From Octopus bimaculoides (Eukaryota), in NCBI RefSeq assembly GCF_001194135.2, contig NC_068984.1:79146081-79187231 (forward strand): a stretch of DNA of 41,151 nt, written 5' to 3'. A model generated the notes under the pieces. It did no database searches and was not told where the DNA came from. It worked only from the letters and a program-made list of their open reading frames with translations. This document shows positions 35,109-41,151 of the stretch, piece after piece (the first letter of the stretch is position 1; each line of letters starts with the position of its first letter). Made by a program: the position numbers and the translations under genes.

Positions 35109-36119
35109 CAGTGCGGTGTGGTTTGAAACACTTTTGACTGCTATTTCTAGCAAGTTTAGCGATCGCGTAGAAGCTTCGATTTCGTTGACTCCTGTTGTTA
35201 GCATATAAGGTGTTGTTTAGCCCCAGGTCGGACGTAGCTGAGGAGACCAAAGGAAGTGTCTATCTCTGCTGGTGACAACATAGGTACCTAGCGATAGCTT
35301 GTTTAAGCTACCAATGTATAACCACTTCTAAGTGATGGCTAAGCTATATAAAAAAAAAAATCTCTGGATCACTTGTTCATCAAGACGATCAAATTCCGCA
35401 ACTGACTGCTTACTTGGATTCCAGAAATTTGGAAAAATTGTGCAGTATCGTGCAATATACAATACCATGTATTGAGTACACAACCCTAGCTCTAGAAGTT
35501 GGTTAATTTGTATACGATACGTTAAGCATAATTTTGATTTTTACGTTTTTATGTAGATTGATAAACATTAAACACTCTGCTTTAGAATTTTATTAATTTA
35601 TAATTGTATCTGCTAAATAAAATCATATTCTTTACTTTTCTTTGTTTACATAGAACAATATCATATATTTTAAGAATTTTAAGTAGATTAATAGATATCA
35701 AACCGATGTTGCTTTAGAAGCGTATTAATTTGAATCTGATAAATACACCTTAGCGCTTTACTTTTCATAATTTATTTAATACTTTAAGTACATATTTTGA
35801 CTGTGTCCCAAAAATGGGAAAATACCGAAACTTCTGGTTCCAAGCTGACCAGATATTCGGTTAGGTACTTCATATATTTTCTAAAGATTTAAATTGTGTT
35901 TTTAGATACCTGCAGCCAGCACATCGCTTGAAAATCGTTGCTGCATCTTCCAATTCTTTGCAGAACTGTCGTGTGTTATTTAAGAGACACTTAGCTACTA
36001 TTTCCAGCAGGTTGAACCACAGCCATCTTAGCAACGTTATAGGCCCCTAGAATTGGGTCCTTACACCCGTGAGGCCACAGACAATGATCCTGTGAGCCTA
36101 TACCTTAAGATAGAACAGA

Positions 36120-36520
36120 GTTGATGAAAGGCAAGGTCAACCTCGGCGGAATTTGAATTTCGATGGCAATAATAAATTCTTTCTGATTTTAGCACAAGGT
36201 CAGCAACTTTGGGGGGGGGGGGAGGTTGACACCATCAACCCCAGAACTCAACTGGTACTTATTTTATCGACCCCCGAAAGGTTAAAAGGGAAAGCTGATT
36301 TCGACTGTATTTGAACAAATGGTTTCTAATTTAGGAACAAGGCCAACGATTTTGAAGTGGTGGTCGGTAGTCGATTACATCGACTTCAATATTTGACCGG
36401 TGCTTTATTTCATCGACTCCCGAAAAGGTAAAAAGCAAAGTCGACCTCGGCAGGATTTGATCTCAGAACGTAAAGAACTGGGAAAAATACTGGTAGGCAT
36501 TTTGCCCGAAACGCTAAACT
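36120..36520 (-). mobile_element. Three adjacent SINE family A fragments
   Basis: Repeated core segments gatgaaaggcaaggtcaacctcggcggaatttgaa, ggtacttattttatcgacccccgaaagg and aaagtcgacctcggcaggatttgatctcagaacgtaaag. Confidence 0.85.
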
Positions 36521-36559
36521 CTCTTCCATTTATTTCCTCGTTTAATAATAGTGTGATGA

Positions 36560-36710
36560 TTATAATAAAAATAATTGATGATGATGATGATGATGATGAT
36601 GATCTGGCGGAGGAGGAGACGAATGATAATGATGATGATGACAATGATAATGATGATGACGATGACGATAATAATGATGATGATGATGACGACGATGATG
36701 ATGATGATTA
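36560..36710. repeat. (GAT)n/(GAC) microsatellite
   Basis: Direct repetition. Confidence 0.95.
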
Positions 36711-37127
36711 AAACTGAAGTAGATTTCTGAAACTGTTGTTGAGAAAAACCAGTATTTAAGTAATCTTAATCTTTAAACATTAATCCTGACTTTAGTGTCG
36801 GATAAAAGTGACAATTGAGACAACTGAAATAATTCTCTGGAGAAAAGAGAAAGAAAGAAAGAAGCGATTCTGTTGCAGTTGCTATTGTTGTTGTTGTTGT
36901 TGTTGTTGTCGGTGTTGCTTCATTTTGTTGGCAAATTATGTAAATAGAATTCGAAACATCGTTTTATCATACAACCCAGTATGTGGGTGCTTGTGTGTGT
37001 TTGTATGTGTGTGTGTGTACATGTGAGCAAGTGTGTGTATGTGTATGTGTATGTGTGCGCGTGCGTGCTTTTATGTTTTTATGTCTTTGTGTGTGTTTGT
37101 GTGTGTTTCTTTTTCATTATGTGTATA

Positions 37128-37392
37128 GGCGTAGGCATGGCTGTGTGGTGGAGACGTTTGCTTTGCAACCAGGTGGTTTCGGGTCCAATCCCACAGCACA
37201 GGACCTTGGACGAGAGTTTTCAATTATAACCCCGGCTGACCATTGCCCTTTGATGGAAATTGTTAGGTCAGACGAAAACTGTGTGGAAGTCTGTCGCGTT
37301 TACATATATGCGTGTGTGTGCGTGTGTGTGTATCTTTGTGTTTGTCCCCCCCCCCCTCGCCAACATTGCTTGATAGCTAGTGTTGGCCAAAA
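37128..37392 (+). mobile_element. SINE family B, 3'-truncated
   Basis: ggcgtaggcatggctgtgtggt..gggtccaatcccacagc..gacgaaaactg..tgtccccccc..cattgcttga. Confidence 0.85.
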
Positions 37393-38366
37393 AAGAAGTG
37401 TGTGGACCGCTTAGCTTATCAAAAGTCCCAGAGAAAAGATACGGTGAAATCCTCGTCGTTCTGTCAGAAAACTGACTGCTACAGCAAAAGTAAGCCGAAC
37501 ATCAATGTATCAAGTAGTGAAGGAGAATCTCAGGACCCACCCCTACAAGATGATCCGCCGTCATGAGCTCACACAAGTTTATAAGGCCATAAGACTGGAG
37601 AGAAGTCGTCTTATCCTGCGTCAGATTGATGAAGGCACGCTGCCCAACCTGATGTTTAGTAATGAAAAGATATTTGACATCGAACAGACAGTAAACCACC
37701 AGAATGACAGACTTTGGACTGTATGTGGTTCTGACGAGAGTAGACTCGTAAATCGACGTCAAAATCTAGTCAGTTATGGTTTGGACGACTGTGACAATCA
37801 CTGGAAGGTCTCCCCCCCCCCTGTTTTTGTACCCACAGGAGTTAAAATTAACACCCAGGAATACATTAGTGACACTCTGGAAATTGAACTGCTTCCATAA
37901 GCGAATGAGCACTTTCAGACGCATCTTGGAGCCTCAACAGGACTCGGCACGGTCCCACAGCTACAAACAGACACAACACTGGTTTTAATAAAACAATCTG
38001 CCGTTCATAAGCAAGGATATATAGCCCTCAAGAAGACCCGATCTCAACCTGGTGGATTTTTCTGTTAGGTCCATATTGGGGAGAGGGTTTCGAGCACTCC
38101 TGATGCTTCGCTCGACATTCTGAAGGCAAAACTGCATCAGGAATAGGCTTCAATTCCGCAAGAACAGCTGCGTGCCACATGTGAAGCATTCGCACCTAAA
38201 CTTAAAGCTGTGATTCGAAACAGAGGTGATCATATCGAATAAATGTGGTAGTGTCATAAATGTGTTACTTTTACCATTGGTTTGCAAAGCTCGGAGCCGA
38301 AATATAACAATATTTTGCTTTGGCACAATTGAAAAAAGTTGGTTGCCTTAATTTTGGAACACCCTG
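37393..38366 (+). pseudogene. Tc1/mariner-superfamily DD37D (maT) transposase pseudogene, 5'-truncated, right TIR and TA retained
   Basis: NPRRSVRKL..; FSNEKIFDIEQTVNHQNDRLW; VFVPTGVKINTQEY; QQD-(37 codons)-D in PDLNLVD; IPQEQLRATC..KAVIRNRGDHIE*. Terminal ttttggaacaccctg|TA. Multiple stops and frameshifts. Confidence 0.92.
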
Positions 38367-38367
38367 T

Positions 38368-38424
38368 ATGCATGTATGTATGTATGTATGTATGTATGTA
38401 TGTATGTATGTGTATGTATGTATG

Positions 38425-38455
<31 letters not shown>

Positions 38456-38502
38456 GTATGTATGTATGTAAGTATGTATGTAAGTATGTATGTATGTGTA
38501 TG

Positions 38503-38535
<33 letters not shown>
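38368..38535. repeat. (TGTA)n-(TA)n microsatellite
   Basis: Direct repetition. Confidence 0.96.
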
Positions 38536-38537
<2 letters not shown>

Positions 38538-38538
<1 letters not shown>

Positions 38539-39470
38539 ACTCCGCTCTCACTACTTCCATCCACTACAAACACACCGACTCACACTCCTACCTTAACTTC
38601 TCCTCCCCCTCCTACCCTACCCATACCAAACTCTCCACCCCCTACTTCGTCTGCGCAGGCTCTGCGGTGACAACTACGATTTGAGACTAAGTCCCTACCT
38701 CCCCAACACCACCATCGTCACAGGAACCCAGCATCGCCCCTATCACATCACCAACTCTTTTACCTGCACTTTTAGCAACATCATTTACTGCATCTCCTGC
38801 TCTTTCTACACTTCTCTGTACATCGGTCAAACGGGACGCCGTTTGTTTGACCGGTTCACGGAGCACCTCCGAGACATCAGAATCGGCAATGACACCCCGG
38901 TCTCGCACCATTTCCGCTCTACCGGTCATTCACTACTACACCTGTCTGTGTTCGGACTGTCTTTGCACAGGGGCTATCTGGAGTCCGCCCTCGCCTTGAA
39001 CAGGGATTAGTCTTCTTTCTACGCTCTTTTGCACCACATGGGCTCAACCCCCTCCTCTCTTCTCTTCATCTGAGACCTACTCCCTGACTTCACTCCTACC
39101 ACCTCTCCTCTCTTCTCTTCCTCTGGTACCTACTTTCTCTCTTCACTCTTACCCCCCTTCTCTCTTCATTGATTCTCACATTGACACACACGCGCGTGCA
39201 CCTTCGTTTTGGGATCACCAATACTTTATTATCTCCCCTTCTTTTTATCTCTCCTGTCAAAACTTTTTTTCCAATCAGTCCCCATGCTTGACCGCTAAAT
39301 CCACAAATTTTTATTTATTCTCTCTCTGTTTATTGTCTCTTACTCCTTTCTGTTGAAGAGCGTAAGCTCGAAACATAAAAGACTTTCTCACTTTATCGAG
39401 CGTCAGACTAATACACCTGCTTGATGTTCATACACCTGTCTTCGTCTTTTGTTTTTCTGTAAATTTCAGC

Positions 39471-39478
<8 letters not shown>
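38538..39478 (+). mobile_element. Penelope-like element, 5'-truncated: GIY-YIG endonuclease + 3' terminal (pLTR-like) region
   Basis: FTCTFSNIIYCISC..LYIGQTGRRLFDRFTEHLRDI..PVSHHF..GHS..LSVFGL and downstream LVFFLRSFAPHGLN, the typical PLE GIY-YIG pattern. The left boundary is approximate. Confidence 0.9.
39346..39381 (+). ncRNA. Degenerate minimal type I hammerhead ribozyme motif in the PLE terminal region
   Basis: cttt-CTGTTGA-A-GAGC-gtaa-GCTC-GAAA-C-ATA-aaag. Stem I (cttt/aaag), stem II with GNRA loop and GAAA are intact; the core has A6>U and the stem III G is A. Confidence 0.55.
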
Positions 39479-39520
<42 letters not shown>

Positions 39521-40301
39521 NNNNNNNNNNNNNNNNNNNNNNNNNNNNNNNNNNNNNNNNNNNNNNNNNNNNNNNNNNNNNNNNNNNNNNNNNNNNNNNN
39601 NNNNNNNNNNNNNNNNNNNNNNNNNNNNNNNNNNNNNNNNNNNNNNNNNNNNNNNNNNNNNNNNNNNNNNNNNNNNNNNNNNNNNNNNNNNNNNNNNNNN
39701 NNNNNNNNNNNNNNNNNNNNNNNNNNNNNNNNNNNNNNNNNNNNNNNNNNNNNNNNNNNNNNNNNNNNNNNNNNNNNNNNNNNNNNNNNNNNNNNNNNNN
39801 NNNNNNNNNNNNNNNNNNNNNNNNNNNNNNNNNNNNNNNNNNNNNNNNNNNNNNNNNNNNNNNNNNNNNNNNNNNNNNNNNNNNNNNNNNNNNNNNNNNN
39901 NNNNNNNNNNNNNNNNNNNNNNNNNNNNNNNNNNNNNNNNNNNNNNNNNNNNNNNNNNNNNNNNNNNNNNNNNNNNNNNNNNNNNNNNNNNNNNNNNNNN
40001 NNNNNNNNNNNNNNNNNNNNNNNNNNNNNNNNNNNNNNNNNNNNNNNNNNNNNNNNNNNNNNNNNNNNNNNNNNNNNNNNNNNNNNNNNNNNNNNNNNNN
40101 NNNNNNNNNNNNNNNNNNNNNNNNNNNNNNNNNNNNNNNNNNNNNNNNNNNNNNNNNNNNNNNNNNNNNNNNNNNNNNNNNNNNNNNNNNNNNNNNNNNN
40201 NNNNNNNNNNNNNNNNNNNNNNNNNNNNNNNNNNNNNNNNNNNNNNNNNNNNNNNNNNNNNNNNNNNNNNNNNNNNNNNNNNNNNNNNNNNNNNNNNNNN
40301 N

Positions 40302-40581
40302 GTGTTATGCCTAGGGTACCATATATTTGGATTTGTACATAGTGTTGTTCTAGAGAATGTTTAAGAAACCATAAGATTTGAGATCACAAAGACAGTATTT
40401 TACGTAGGATATGGGCAGTTCCCATGAGCACTATCTTTTGAACTTCAGCCATTTTGGGGTTTCCTGGTATCTGAGCTAGGTAGTAATCAGCCCATTTCAC
40501 TGTCATTCCCAGGGCACCTATGACAATAGGTATTGTTTTAGTCTTCAGATTCCACATTTTGCTAATTTCTATTTCAAGATC

Positions 40582-40582
<1 letters not shown>
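40302..40582 (-). mobile_element. R4/Dong-like LINE 3' end, different subfamily from 28933-29312; 5' junction at (AAT)n
   Basis: DLEIEISKMWNLKTKTIPIVIGALG..VQKIVLMGTAHILRKILSL*; (AAT)n at 40583-40660; 3' end lost in the gap. Confidence 0.92.
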
Positions 40583-40664
<82 letters not shown>

Positions 40665-40779
40665 TATCTCCCTGGCATTGTATATATTCCTTTTCATTGA
40701 GCATTTTACTAAACGTCGCGCCAGAAAATATTCACGTTGTAGTTGCAAAATATATGTTCTATTCCGTATAGTTATATAA

Positions 40780-40946
40780 ATATAGATATACATGTGTGTG
40801 TGTTTATGTGTGTGTATATGTGTGTATGTGTGTCTTCGTATGTGTATAAATATATATATACGTGCATACACACGTACATCTACATATATGTGTACATACA
40901 GATATACGCGCACACACACACACATACACACACACACACACACACG

Positions 40947-40989
<43 letters not shown>

Positions 40990-40990
40990 A
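40780..40990. repeat. (GT)/(TA)/(CA) dinucleotide microsatellite complex
   Basis: Direct repetition. Confidence 0.93.
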
Positions 40991-41151
40991 TTGTATATTA
41001 TAGGAAATATCAGTGTGCTACAATTCTTTAACATTCGTAACTGTATGACTTTTATTGTTCATATAGCAATGTTTTCTATTGATGTTGTCTTTGAAACATT
41101 TCTCATTGCTTTTTTGCTTTACAAATCATTTTCAATGATACGATGAAGATA

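Overview
Repeat-saturated, AT-rich eukaryotic DNA from a gapped draft assembly (11 N-runs, about 4.3 kb). The SINE families and microsatellite load point to a coleoid cephalopod, most likely Octopus; this is an inference, not a database result. I find no intact, confidently identifiable protein-coding gene. Most long ORFs in the track are translations of microsatellites or N-runs. Well-supported content: (i) about 25 copies of two tRNA-derived SINE families; (ii) degenerate non-LTR retrotransposon pieces: two RTE-type, an R4/Dong-type RT+RLE element, and four RLE-endonuclease 3' ends; (iii) a Penelope-like GIY-YIG element with a degenerate hammerhead-ribozyme motif; (iv) DNA transposon relics: a DD37D/maT transposase pseudogene, mariner-derived MITE copies and hAT MITEs; (v) many simple and compound microsatellites. 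Most worth following up: an apparent pairing of retroelement family with microsatellite type ((ACAT)n, (AAT)n, (TA)n), including two related RLE elements stacked in one (ACAT)n array; the variant hammerhead; a CpG-rich promoter-like island at 12.76-13.3 kb with an apparent short intron; a candidate minus-strand 3' exon chain at 4.4-5.1 kb; and two long inverted repeats. These are hypotheses. Nothing here amounts to a demonstrated new biological system.
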